The translations under genes and the position numbers were made by a program. The notes under the pieces were generated by a model. The model saw only the letters and a list, made by a program, of their open reading frames with translations, made no database searches and was not told where the DNA came from. From Camelus dromedarius (lineage: Eukaryota), in the NCBI RefSeq assembly GCF_036321535.1, contig NC_087437.1:100566001-100630000 (forward strand): a DNA stretch of 64,000 nt, written 5' to 3'. Positions 13,344 to 25,990 of the stretch are shown piece by piece (the stretch's first letter is position 1; every line of letters begins with the position of its first letter).

Positions 13344-14045
13344 AAACAAGAGAGGTAGAAAATCACCATTAGAACACCACAATAATAATTGCTGCCGGCA
13401 AGATCCACTGATGATGCCAAAATTAGTGGTGGAAAGTTTAAGGTTAAACAGGATTTTTGTGTAACATCAAAGAATGACCCATTTAAATATGTGTTCCACG
13501 GGGAGAAACACTATTCAGTGGAGAACCTTGGCAGACACCACCTTAACCAGGTGATCAAGATTAACATTTGTCATGTGCTGAGGCTATATTGCCTCTGTGG
13601 AATTCTTCTAAAAATTCATAACCTCAATGTACTCATTGAGAAAACAGCAGAAAAATCCAAACTGAGGAAAATTCTACAAAATACCTAACTGGTACTCTTC
13701 AGCTATATCAAGGTCACAGAAGATATCAAGATAGAGGAATGATCACAGTTTGGAGAAGACTTAAGGATTCATGACAACTAAATAAAATGTGGGCTTCTGG
13801 ATTGATACTGACACAGAGAGAAAATTTTATTAGAAAAACTAGGGAAATCCAGTTTAAGTCTGAAGTTTAGCTAACAATATTGTACCGGTGTTAATTTCCT
13901 GGTTTCGATAACTGATCTGTAAGATGTTAACATTAGGAGAAGCTTGATAACGCCTAGATGGCGATTCTCTGTATGATTTTTGCAATTATCCTATAAGTCT
14001 AAAATGATACCAAATTAAAAAAATTTAAAGAATAATAATGATAAA
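13344..14045 (+). mobile_element. L1MC3/L1MC4-like 3'UTR nested in the L1 above
   Basis: cagtggagaaccttggcagacaccaccttaaccaggtgatcaag, aaatccaaactgagg...attctacaaaatacct, A-rich tail; flanked by gagaa..tgagttccctg on both sides. Confidence 0.85.
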
Positions 14046-14139
14046 GAGAACCAGTGAGTTCCCTGCATGGGGTGCACATGGCTTTCTGTTGTGATGGAGC
14101 CAACACTGTAGGTACACTGGTATGTGGGGCTGGCTCCCT

Positions 14140-14580
14140 GCCTGGCTGGCTGTGTGGTCCAGAGCATGCAATGTTGTGGGTGTGCTAGTGGGCACAGTAG
14201 ACCCCAGTGTGGCTGGCTGTGAGCTTGGAGATGCATAATTGGTGTGGGCACCCTGGTGTTCAGGGCAGGCCCCTGGCATGGCTGGCTGTGTGGATTGGGA
14301 GTATGCAACAACTGTGGGCACCCTGAGGTTCACAGGCCCCCAGCATGGCTGGCTGTGAGTTCCAGTGGTGTACAACCACTGTGGCTGTGTTAGTGGGTAT
14401 GGCAGGCCCTCAGTGTGGCTGACTGGGCAGCCTGGTGGAGTGTGACCTCTGTGGGCATGCTGATGGATGGAGCAGATCCCTTGCTCATCTGGCAGTGACA
14501 TCTGGTGACACCTGATCACTGTGAGTGCAGTGGTCGGCCAGACAGGACCTTGGCACGGCTGGCTGTGAGGACTGGCATGT
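14140..14580. repeat. Degenerate ~68-bp tandem monomers of the L1 5'UTR
   Basis: tggctggctgtg-like core at 14143, 14210, 14279, 14346, 14416 and 14556. Confidence 0.85.
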
Positions 14581-15361
14581 TTGATTCCTACAGATGTACT
14601 GGTGCATGGGGCAAGCCCCTAGCACTAATAGGCTAGATGGAGGATTCCAAAATGGTGCCTGCCAGTGCTGGTGTCATCATGGTAGAATGATATCACAAAT
14701 ATGGCTGTCACCAGTATCTCAATCCCTGCGGAAATTTCCAGCTGCCTTCTGCCTCTCTAAGAAGTTCTCCAAGATCAGGAATTGGGACTGACCCTGGAAA
14801 TTTTCAAACTGCAGCCTCTGCACTGTCTTAGAGCGAGTGAATTTTTGCATGCACCCTTTAAGAATAGGGTCTAGATTTCCTACAGCTCTTGAATGTAAGC
14901 CCTGCTGGTTCTCAAAGGCAGACATTTTGAGAACTTGACTTTCTCATGCAGGACCCCTGGGCTGGGGAGCCTAATGTGACGTCTAGATTCCTTGTTCCTT
15001 GGGGAAGAGCTCTGTGGTTGTGGTTTTCCTTCTGTTTCGGGGTCACTGTGCTGGGGATGTGAGTCCACCCTTCCTACACATTTTGTTGTGGCTCCTTCTT
15101 TATATTTTTAGTTGTGGGAAATCTTTTCTGCTAGTTTTCAAGTTGTTCTCAGAGATAGTTGCTCTTTAAATTGCTGTAATCTTGGTGTGCCTGTGGGAAG
15201 AGGTGAGCTCAGGGTCTTTCTACTCCATCATCTTGATCTGGACCCAAGAAGCAGTTTTTAAATATGATACCGAAAACCATAACGAGCATTAATACATTTG
15301 ATTACATCAGAATAAAAAAAACTTAATTTTGATTAAATCACCATATAAATTTAAAGACAAG

Positions 15362-15736
15362 TGTGATGGTTAATTTTACATAAATGTCTGCTTGAGTAAG
15401 CTACAGTCACCATTATTTATTCAAATACTAATCTAGGTGTTGCTGCGAAGATATTTTGAAGATGCTATTAAATTCCATTACTACTTGCCTTTAAGCAAAG
15501 GAGATTACTTTAGATTATGTAGATGGGCCTGATTTAATCTTTTGGAAGCCCTAAGAGCAGATTTGAGGTTTCCTTGAAGGAGAAGAAATTCTGCCCCATG
15601 AACTGCAGCTTCAGTTCAATTTGAAGAGGCCTTCCCTATGAATTTTGAGCCTACCTATCCAGCGTCTACAACTGCATAAACCAATTCCCTACAATAACTC
15701 TGTTAATAGATATTTCCTACTGGTTCTGTTTTTCCA
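15362..15736 (+). mobile_element. ERVL LTR (MLT2D-like) inserted in an old L1 ORF2 fragment (~15250-15855)
   Basis: tgtgatggttaattttac start, ctaatctaggtgttgctgcgaag, gaagaaattctgcc, tcctactggttctgttt. Confidence 0.85.
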
Positions 15737-15857
15737 TAATGGACTAGAAGAAAATATCTGTGAAACTTAAAAAGGAGTATATTTCAGAATAAAAAAGTTA
15801 AAACAACATTCTAAAAAGGATAAAGAACTAACCTAACAGAAAAATGGTCAAAGTATA

Positions 15858-16190
15858 TATTTCAATTATCTGTTGCTGTGTAACAAACCAGTCTTTGATG
15901 TCTTAAAGCAATGGTTTATTATTTCTCATTACCTATAGGTTGAAAATCTGGGAGGTTCTTATCCTGGTTTCACCTGGGATCATTCAATATACAATTATCT
16001 GAAGGTTCTACTGGGGTTGGGGGGTCCAAGTTGTCTTCACTCTGATGTGTGGCAGTGGGTGCTGGATGTCAGCTGAGATGCCTCAGTTCTCCTCCACATG
16101 ATCTCTCACCTTCTGGTAAGTTGGTTTGGGCTTCTTCATAACATTGAAGTGGCAGGGTTACAAGAGGATGACAGTGGAAGCTGCAAGAAT
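15858..16190 (-). mobile_element. MaLR LTR (MLT1G/H-like)
   Basis: ttatctgttgctgtgtaacaaacca start, gcctcagttctcctccacatg, gtggaagctgcaag. Confidence 0.75.
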
Positions 16191-16319
16191 AGGGGTTTTC
16201 CCTGGGGAGTGATGGGAGAGTGTTACTCAAAGGAGAATTTTTATCTTATCTGAAATATTTAAATGTTTTAATATGCAGTCATGATTTACCTATATAATTA
16301 AAGAAGTATATATAAATAT

Positions 16320-16670
16320 TGTTATGGACTGAATATGCCCCTCCCCTCCAAATTTATAGTTGCAACCTAATCCCCATTGGTATTTGGAGGTGTGGCCTTA
16401 GGGCTCTCATTAGGTTACAAGGGTGGATCCCTCATGAATGCGATTAGTGCCCTTATAAAAGAGACCCCAGAGAGCTCCCTTACCTCTTCTGCCATGTGAG
16501 GACATAGCAAGATGACTATCTATGAGTCAACAAGTGGCTCTTACAAGGCACAGAACCTGTTGGCACCTTGATCTTGGACTACCCAGTTTCTAGAACAGTG
16601 AGAAATAAATTTCTGTTGTGTATACACCACCCATTCTATCATATCAGTGATAGCACCTATACTGACTCTT
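16320..16670 (+). mobile_element. MaLR LTR (MLT1A-like)
   Basis: tgttatggactgaat start, attagtgcccttataaaagagaccccagagag, caccttgatcttggact, gtgagaaataaatttctgttg. Confidence 0.9.
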
Positions 16671-17193
16671 TGTCATTTCAGCCAAAGTTGCAAAAAGGTT
16701 AAGGCTGACCTATACTTTTTGTTAGCCAGCATTATGCCAATGATAGACTTCTCCATTCACTGCCCAAGTTTTCAACTGGAAGAATAATTATGTGAGATGC
16801 TTAGAATGATCAATGAGGAAATATTGAAGGATGGTTTCATGTTAGGATCCCAGGTCTGGTAAAACTATACATTAGGCTTAGACAAAGACATTGTTGTGGG
16901 TTTTTGGGGTCACTAACAGTAGAAGTCTGTCTTAACATATCTTACAGTCAGAGCTTCTGAACTTCACTTTCTTGGTTGCATTCTGAGATCTGATGTCAGG
17001 CTTACTGATAACTGTGCCATAACTTGTAAGAAAAGGTTGGGTGTCTGGGGCCACTGCAAGTTGGGACCTACTTCTGTTGCTGTGCATTATTTTTCTGGTA
17101 TAGGAAGTGTTCTGAAACTCTTCTATTTCAAGTAAAAAGGGGACAATTCTTTTCTTTGCATTTGGCAAATATAAAAACAAAGGGAAGTACTTC

Positions 17194-17259
17194 TAGTTTG
17201 AAGAAGAGTTGGTCTCATATTTTTGAAGAAATAGTTTGAAGAAGATTTGGTCTAATATT
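17194..17259. repeat. Local direct duplication, 28-bp core, period 38
   Basis: tagtttgaagaagagttggtctcatatt (17194) / tagtttgaagaagatttggtctaatatt (17232). Confidence 0.9.
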
Positions 17260-17836
17260 ACAATATGTACCTAGTTTCTTCATATCCAGTTAGAAATGGG
17301 CACAAATTGTATCAGGATAGGCTTTGCTGAAAACAAAACTGGGAACTGAAGTGCTGATGGGAAGGGTACCATGATAGATTTGATGGACAATAAAGAAGAA
17401 GAACTTTTCTTTCTTCCATTGAGAGCAGCCTTTTGATGGAGTTCTTTCACTATAACCTTGGCTTGGTCTCCTGTATAATTCTCTGGAGTATGAAAGTTGT
17501 TCCTAGAAAGGTGGAGGATGAAAGACAGATGATTCAAATGGTAGAAGAAAAAGAACAATTGCAGCTTGGATTGACCACTGCTTAGAGCTCTCAGCAGAAT
17601 TCAAACTGAGTAAAAAAGACCCCCTACTAGTAGGGAATAATTGGAAAGGAAAAACTGACTTTATAGTTACCTTTAAAAGTTGTCGGTCTTGAAGATTATG
17701 GTGTGAAATGTTTTTAGCTTGACATGAGCACATACACAGCAATGATGATGACCTCTAACAGCAGTCAGAAGCAGGCTTCTCTAGTGCAGATGCTTCTTAT
17801 AAATATCTGAGAAACTGGGCAGTGACCAGATAAGTT

Positions 17837-18275
17837 GAGGCATACCTTGGAGATATTGTGGGTTCGATTCCAGACCACCACGATAAAGTGACTATTGCAA
17901 TGAAGCAAGTCACACAATTTTTTTCGGTTTCTCAGTACATATAAAAGTTATGTTTACACTATACTGTAGTCTATTATGTGTGCAGAAGCTTTATGTCTAA
18001 AAAAAACTACAAATCTTAATTAAAAAATACTTTGTTGCTAAAAAATGCTAACCATCATCTGAGTCTTCAGTGAGTTTTAATATTTTTGCTGATGGAGGGG
18101 TTGAAATATTATAGGAATCACCAAAATGTGATACAGAGATACAAAGTGAGCAAATAATGTTGGAAAAATGGCGTTAATAGACTTGCTCGAAGCAAGGTTG
18201 CCACAAACTTTCAGTTTGTAAAAAATTCAATATCTGCAAAGAGCAATAAAGTGAAGCATAAATGAGATATGTCTC
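17837..18275 (-). mobile_element. Tigger1 internal-deletion derivative (Tc1/mariner-pogo MITE, Tigger1a-like)
   Basis: Both Tigger1 ends present: (c)aggcataccttggagatattgtgggttcgattccagaccacc and ggttgccacaaac...gcaataaagtgaagc...gagatatgtctc followed by TA. Confidence 0.92.
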
Positions 18276-20263
18276 TAGAGGACACATTTTTATTTCTCCC
18301 TAATTACTGTGAGGAAGTTGCAGAATGAGATGAAAAATGAGCTTGTGAAAAATTGTCTTTTTCTCTCTTAAGCTGTAGCCATATTTATAAGGACTTGATA
18401 CTATTTGATATGAGGTAGAGAAATTGACAAGTGACTAGTTAAAATCAGTTTTCATGGACTTTTCAAAGTGACTATACTAAAAGTACTCTTCCTAAGGCCA
18501 ATAACTGAATTGTTCAATTGGGACCATGAGTCCCTGATGTGAGAACTACGGAATTTTCTCTTTAATATGAATATTTGTCCTGGTGTGGAAATTAGTCTTG
18601 AATGGATATTAATGCAGAATAGCATGCTCATGAGGGTCATAGTGTTCCTATAGCTTCCTTTTGAGTTACAAGGATGCTTGACCTTTCCGAAGTTAGAAAG
18701 AACATAAGTTTAGAGATCAATGTTTATGTAACCATTATTTAGACTGTCAGCACTTCCCCTCCGTGCCCACAACTGCATTTTTGCTGAGAAATGTTTCATT
18801 TTCTTTGCTAACAGCGACTAGGGGGGGTGAAAGTGGTGGGCACACAGACAAACTTCTTAGAAATAATAGATTTGATGATTTCTTTACTATCAGCCTTACT
18901 CTGTATGAGGTGAACTAACAGAGTGAATTAGTTGGCCTCTACTGGCCAAAGTTGAATATGAAAAAAGATTCTCAAGATTGTTTTAGAAACTTCTGTTTTT
19001 GTTCAATAATAATGACCTTTCATATCTGAAAGTATTGAATGACAAGTGCCTCATTGCAGGTTGGAAATTCTTGAGTTCTCCTTTGCCTGCTAAACTGGGG
19101 GCATAACATCAGAATCCACCTAATGCTAAATTGAAAAACAAGGACTTGAGCTCTCTATTGCTTACACTCTGGTGCCCCATCCCTGCAGTGGGAGGTGCTC
19201 AGTATATATTAAGTGAAGACTGTGGAAAGGATTTCTCCGTTTGGTAATGTATTACTGGGTGTGAATATGGAGAAATCACTCATAGATTGTTAGGTCAGCA
19301 TCGTGTGATTTAAAAAATTGCTCCATGGGGTACCTTTGACTCTGTGGAATGCTAAATTTGGATATGGACTTAGAATGTCTAATTATGTAACAGTTTGATT
19401 GCTTTCAGCTTACTTCTGATTGGGAACTGTTTTCACAAGTTATGAACCCTGAGTACAGTTTTAATGGTGGTTCCAACAGTAACATGCTGGAGACTTGAAG
19501 ATGCTTAGAACAATCTAGGCTTTGTTTCTTTTTGTCAGTAATTTCTGGAAGGAAATGGATTCCCAATTCTCAGATGTAATTTAGTGGACTTTAGGACTCA
19601 ATTTCTAGAAAGTTGTAGAGTCATGCTGGATAATACATTTGGCTTAAAAAATTTTCCAGATTAAATTGGTTAGGTGAGAAGTGTAAAAGCATATATATTC
19701 TGGAAGTGCAACCTAATTGTGTCACACCCTTGGCTTTTCAGTTGCAAGTTAAATATTATAAGTGTGTTTGAAGAAAACCTTTTAGTTAAGAATTATGACT
19801 AGAATATGTTTTGTCTCCATTTCATTCACTCAGAAATTGCCATAAATAAACTTGTCATTAAGGTGTTTTAAACCGAAGAGCAGTTCTCTTCTCATAAATT
19901 TTCAGCCTGCCGCCTTGACCAATTGAATCAAAACGGCCAGTTTAAAAATAATTATGATTTCTTTTATTTCCCTTAAATGACCTTGCCTGCCTAAAGTCAT
20001 GGGATTAAATAATAATATTCCTGGAGATTCACTTTGTGATTGTAAATGGCATTCATGGAATGATTAAATGGCTGCTCTTGTCCGTCTGAGACAGTTTCCC
20101 TGAGAACAAACCCTGAATTAAGTATTGCTTTTGTCGAGTTTGTGCTATTATTGTCATTGATATAAACGCTATACAATTGTTCTACTCTTTTCTCTTAAAA
20201 CCTTACAACCTAACTTTAAGCTCTTCTGTTCTATTACTTTTCTTTCCTCTTGGAAACACTTAC

Positions 20264-20390
20264 CTTTAATCTCCAGGAGAGTGTTAGGCAGATTCAGTTA
20301 AAACTCTGCATGACGACACTTCTGCAGTCGCCAGGAGAGTGCTAATGCAGAAGCCACCAGAGCAGCTCATCTTAGAGTTGCCAAATACAC
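20264..20390 (-). ncRNA. Candidate non-coding exon (127 nt)
   Basis: Minus-strand acceptor attttcag|G and donor AAG|GTAAGTG; stops in all three frames; unique sequence. Confidence 0.3.
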
Positions 20391-20959
20391 CTGAAAATCG
20401 TATAATGAGTGGATCTGCTATTGCACATAGATTCAGTTGAAGTTCAGCGGTTGAAGTTTTGATTTGCCCTTTGGAATGATATACTTCAGGGGGAAAAACC
20501 ACTTGAGTTTTGAGAATAGGATTTTTACAAAAGCCCGAAGTGCTGTGAAGCAAGTCAGGTCGTTTGCATTCCAGACTTGCATGCCCTCTTACTAATTCTA
20601 TGGTTTGCTGTCTCCAGTACTTCATTTGCCAAGTAGTTTTTGGGGTATTTGTCAGATATGACATTTGTCAAGTAAGTTTTGAGGATTAAACAAGGCTATC
20701 TCAGCAAAGGTTCAGAAATATGTTAAAGGCAGTCCAATTATTTGTTCAACTGAATGCTGATGCCTTTGATCTGGGAAGAAAAAGATTTTTGAGAAGTTCT
20801 TATAAATGCAGGGAGTCTTCTCGTATCCACCCTTGCAGCTTTTAGGTTTGCAGTGACTGAGTTGGAAAAGAAGCACCTCTGTCCTCCCAGTCCTTTATAT
20901 CAGATACCTGAGAATTTTCCTTGATTTTTCTCTCATTCACCAACCCTATGTTACATCGG

Positions 20960-21240
20960 ATTAATCACTCTGCCTCTTAAATATCTCTGGAACCACTTGA
21001 CCTGCTCCACCTTGATTGCCACTATCACATTTAAGCCATCATCATACCTCACATCTAGTATCACCTCACTCTATTCCATTTTCTGCACTTGCAGAATGAT
21101 TTCAGTAAAATAAACATTATATAGCTTTCCTACCCCAAATCTTTCAATGTCCGCCCACCCCGTCAAAATAATGTTCAGACGTCTTATTGTTCTTTTACAC
21201 CGCCTGGTCTTACTCTCACTTCTTTGTTATCTTTCTCTCT
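20960..21240 (+). mobile_element. LINE-2 fragment
   Basis: ctcttaaatatctctggaaccac...aagccatcatcat...ttccattttctgcac. Confidence 0.6.
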
Positions 21241-21699
21241 CTCTTTTCTCCTCCATTTTTGTTCATTTGGGCCTTAGGAAACCACATGGGATAGGCTGTT
21301 ACTAATGTGGTGAAGGAAACTCATCTGGTAAGGGACCATCGGTTATAGAAATGGGAGATGGTTTTAATTTTTACCTTTTTAAATATAAGCCTTGACCAGA
21401 AGGTCGATTTGGATGTCTCATATACTATAAACCAGAATGTCCTTATCTTCTTTTCAGTAACCTCAAGGTCCTGAGAGATCCTAACTACTAAAAAGAAACT
21501 CTGATGAAGAAAAGAGACAAAGATACATTATAGAAATATTTTAAAAAAATCTTTCAGCACAAACTTCAGGCTTCTTAAATCTAATCAACTAAAACTTGGA
21601 GGTGTCAGAGACCTAAATACCCTTTATGAGCAAAATGTTTTGGGCTTGAGAATTTTGATCTGATCTTACTTTTTAGGTAGTGAATTTAATATAAACATG

Positions 21700-22270
21700 A
21701 CCCGAAACGGGGACTTCAAGAAGTTATCTGGTTTAAATATTCTTCTTGTGGCAGAGAACTGCCTTCATCAATTAGTACAGATTGTTAGTAATATTTCCAA
21801 GAAATTTTACACCTTTTTTGGCAATATACTCCAGAGTTCCAATGTCAAAGTCAACAGTTTCTTCCTTATGCCTAACCAAACTCTCTTGCCCTCACTCTAA
21901 TTTTAGCACGTTTCCTGCATTCTTTCCTTGGTCAAGATGCAGAATAATTTGGTTGATATTTTTACTCACTCTGACACTTCTCATTAAATCTCCCCCTAGG
22001 CTTCTCTTTTCCAGATTAAACAGTCTTGGTGTCTTTAATCTTTTCTCCAAATAACTGCTTTTCTTCTTCTTTTTTTTCCCTCAGTGTATTTTACCACTTT
22101 TGTTCTCTTCTAGCCCCTCTCAGATTTCTTCATATTCATTTTAAACTGCAAAGACAAACACTGGACACAGTATTCTTTTAGGGTCAGACCATTGCCAGGA
22201 AGGAGTAGAAGGTGGCTTCCTGACTCCTGGCAAGTGACTCTCCTGTGAATACATCCTGGTATCCTACTAC
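21700..22270 (-). mobile_element. CR1/L3 LINE 3' region
   Basis: ccccctaggcttctcttttccagattaaac and aaacactggacacagtattc...cagaccattgc resemble the antisense CR1 RT C-terminus. Confidence 0.75.
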
Positions 22271-25254
22271 TTTTTTCTAAAATTTTACTCTTCCAAAAAC
22301 ATTGTCTTCAAAAGCATTTGTTCAGTGTCTGTGTGCGGAGCCAGCTTGCAAAAGTATCGAAATTCAGATGCTCATCTGTTCCCTTCAGACTCCTGGTAGG
22401 AATAAACACCCAGTGCTGTGAGCCAAAGGGACACAAATAGGGAAGACTGTAAAAACCAAAATTAAGATTTTCTCAGTGGAAGTTAGTGAGAAAGGAGGAG
22501 TCTGAGATGCTGTTTGTGTCTAAACTTGCTGGAAATAAACACGAGTAGAGAGCAGAAAAATAAGGGCAGGTTTATTTAGCACCAGAGCCTTTGACCATAA
22601 GCTGGAAAATTCAGCCCACTCTCTGAATACAGGGGGACTACACACGGGTCTTTCAGTGCTGAGCCTGAAGGTACTTTCCTGGCCTGGGGGCGCTCAGTGT
22701 GTTCATGCTGTTTTGGTGCAAAACTGGGGCATCTAGCCTGAGTTCCTTGTCTTTTCTGGCTGACACTACTCTGTTCCATGGATGTTTTCCCTTTGCTTGA
22801 GTCTCTTCAACTCGCTCTTTCTTGCTTGCTCATGAAGACAAAAACACTTGCTTCTCCTATGTTAAGGATGCATGCAGTCACCCTCACTAGAAGGAAATAA
22901 AGAATTAGGAAGATTTTTCAAAAATCAGGGGGAAGGTACACAGTTTACTAAATTGGCTTTTCAGATGAGTGCTATTGCTATAAAATATTTTTGCTCTCAA
23001 CTTTTAGTCCAGGGTATGGGGTATCAAACCTCCTGCCTCTTTCTGATTGTGCCCTTAAAAGTAATCAGGGTCAGGTTATGAAAGAAAACTAGAACAATGG
23101 TGAATCCTTGGTTCAAGTGGAAGATGCATGTGTCTTTGAAACTTCCCAAGCAACTTTACTCAGTTCACTGAGTTTTTTGTCTTCTCATTCCCTCATAATT
23201 TCTCAATATCTACATGGATGTTTGATGATGTATGGACATAATTTAAGGAAATCTCTTTTCTGAAACAGTGAGCCATTTGAAATTCAGAAAACAGCTTCAG
23301 GAAATTCTACACTCTGACTTTCGATGAAGAAAGTGGATTTTGATCATGATTATTAACTTGAGAAATTTCTCATTTATCATATAAAAATGAAGTAAATAAA
23401 AAAGGAAGATTTTCTCAAAGGAAAATGTGCAAAGTCATAGACTACAGTATTTATTACAAATAAGAACAAAATCTGTTATTGTAAAGAATGTAAGTTTAAT
23501 TCAAGTATAGGAAATCACCTCATTTTCCTCTTTGACTTTCCAAAAGTTAACAGTCCATGGTCTGAGTGGTCTGAGTCAATTGGCATTTATATTTACAATT
23601 TAGAGAAAGTAAGTAGGTCTTATCAGGAAAGAGAGACAAAATTATTTTCCTACATTTCCATACTTAGGACAGCTTGGATGTTATTTTAATATGGTAGTTT
23701 CAATTAAAAAAGGTGATTCAATATTATAACAAATACAGTCTAATCATAGTTAGAATTTTCAGGAAATTAAAACAGAATCACTGCCCTTTAAAAGATAATA
23801 GTGGCTGTGCTCTAAAGTATTATCAGAAACTTCCGTGGTATCAGCACTGACATCATGATTGGTGAACAGTGATGAGATGGTAAGGGAGCAGATAATAATG
23901 GGGTGAGGAGTTGGCAGAGAAGCCCATCCTGTGTTGGGTGATATAACAATGTGCCTATCTGCTCTTCAAGATACTGTTGTCAGATCCCTGTAGGTAACTC
24001 TTCATTCTGACCTACTCTTTGGTGGCTCAAACACACAATTTGCTCTCTTCTAATGCTGGCCTTGTTCTTCAGCCAGAGAGGACTTTGAATCTTAGAACTG
24101 GAAGATCAGACTCCTGGAACTGGAGCAGATATTAGAAAGCAGGTAATCCAAAGAGTCCATTTATGTAAAAGTCCAGTTGAGACCAAAAAAAGATAAAAGG
24201 CAGATTGTTTCTCCAGGGTCTCACCATAAAGAGTCACAGAGAAAGGCATGGGATTCTGGTCTGTTGAGTGGAGAGCCTGCTTTTCTCCACCAGCTGACTC
24301 TTATAAAGTTTCACTCTTGTTTACTTTGTGACGAAGTGTGAGCGTAGAGGACTAAAAAAGAGTTTCAGTTTCATTTACACAAAAAGTATTTCCGTTAATA
24401 CCCTATTTTTTGGCACAAGTCTCACCTCTGAAACCCTTAAATAACATTATGCCATTCTGATGACTCCCTTGAGCTTGGCCCCACCAGGATTATATAAAGT
24501 TTATTTTTTCTCATTGCCACACCATTGCTTAGATTTGCTAATTATTGATGGTTGTTTTAGATATACACAATTTATTTCCCTGAATAGAATTTAGGGTCAC
24601 AAGGGGTGACCTTCCACCTGTTTTAGATTTACCATTGTCTAAACCATATTGGATTCTGAAACAAAGCAAAATGTATTCAGTATGTGCAAGTTGAATACAG
24701 GATACACAAGTAAATTGAGAAAAAACATGTTACCACTTATACCTCTAAGATTGAAGAGTTAATAATTCCAAGTTGAAATGATCGATATGATCAACTTTGC
24801 TTATTAGTTATTTGAAGGTTGATAATCACTGTGTATATATTGATGTGGCCTTATAGGTTGGTAAAATAGTGATACATTTCTACACTCTTGGCAAAAAGCC
24901 ACTACATCCTCTCCAACCCAGAGCCACAGCCCTTTTTCTGGGGGATACCCTGGACTTCTCCACAATGCAGCAAATGAGGGGTTAAGCCTGGCCACAGAGG
25001 TTTCCCCAGACCCTGTGCAGCATCCCCACTGGTGTCTAAGCTAATTGGATTTAGAATATTGTGGGCAGGTTGACAGAAACACTGTCTCGTATAGCTGGCC
25101 TGAATTTTCCTGTGTAAAAGCTGAGACTAATCACTGAATAAATAAATATTCCAGGTTCTCAGCTAATGGGATCTGTTCAGTTCTTAAGTTAAGGTTATGT
25201 TGGATGATAGATTAAATGGCTCGTCACACACCAATATGCACAGCATGTGATAGA

Positions 25255-25990
25255 TCCTGCTTTCAAGGCTCTGTTGACTGCTCTGGCCAAGTTCACTAAT
25301 AGTTTCTTGATGTTCAAATCCCAGAAATGTTTTCCAGTCCTCATCTTAACTTTTCTGAGACATTTGATACAATCAATGGCTCCTTGTTTTGAAACTTTTT
25401 TTGGCCTCTCCAAAGCCATTGTCTTTTGGTCTCCTCTCTCACCAACTATTCCTTCTCGATCTCCTTCACCAGATTCTCTTATTCTGTTATCTCCCCAAAC
25501 TTGGTATGGTTCAGAATCTGTTTTTGGTCTTTTCCTTTCCTTCCAGGAAGATGCACTGTTATCTTCTTGCATGACTTTAACCCATACTGATGCCCTGATG
25601 CCTCTCCAGCCTGGATCTCTCGTCCAGCTTCTCCTGGATTCCTCCTGCCTTCCCCACGCAGTTCCCCAAACCTGAATGCTTTTCTCTCCACATCTCCCGC
25701 ATCGTTACTCTTCAAGAAACAATATTTGTTTATATCTCTTGTTTGTACTCTCTTTTCTGCTGGGTTTATTTCTCACTGGGATTGGTTCAGACTTTCATGT
25801 TTTACTTATGTATTATTCAGTAACCTTCAAACTCAAGTGCAGTATATTTGCTTATAAGGCTTTCTCCTTTGTAAGATCATGAGCTTCTGGGTAGCAAGGA
25901 CTGTGTCTCTGTCAGGTCTGTATTCCTAGGACCTAATAATGTCTGCTACATAGTAGGTTCTCCATAAATGCTTGTTGAGTGAATGACACA
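25255..25990 (+). mobile_element. LINE-2 (RT region and 3' terminus)
   Basis: ORF 25247 segment LLTALAKFTNSFLMFKSQKCFPVLILTF resembles L2 RT (HSTETAL.KVTNDLL...SVLILLDLSAAFDT); tail catagtaggttctccataaatgcttgttgagtgaatga. Confidence 0.85.

Larger units (their letters stand above)
11900..15240 (-). mobile_element. Internally deleted laurasiatherian-type LINE-1: 5'UTR + ORF1 + short ORF2 C-terminal piece
   Basis: 5' terminus near gaggtgagctcagggtctttctactccatcatcttg (~15200-15235); decayed ORF1 N-terminus on minus near 13200 (RNMYQMKEQDR...NLPDKEFKVMITK); ORF1 joined at ~12340 to the ORF2 C-terminus (QMQTKTIMRYHLTLVRTAIIKK in ORF 12103..12309). Confidence 0.88.

Noticed and set aside
14025..14519. 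Longest ORF in the window (164 aa, minus)
   Set aside because: Arises from the GC-richer L1 5'UTR tandem monomers; no recognisable domain
14140..14580. Regularly spaced ggctggctgtg cores resembling a CRISPR array
   Set aside because: The 'spacers' are similar to each other, the array lies in an L1 5'UTR, the DNA is mammalian and there are no cas genes
20284..20664. 126-aa minus-strand ORF in unique DNA
   Set aside because: No recognisable protein similarity; the overlapping exon candidate is closed in all frames
25195..25715. Overlapping 125-142 aa ORFs
   Set aside because: Decayed LINE-2 reverse-transcriptase sequence
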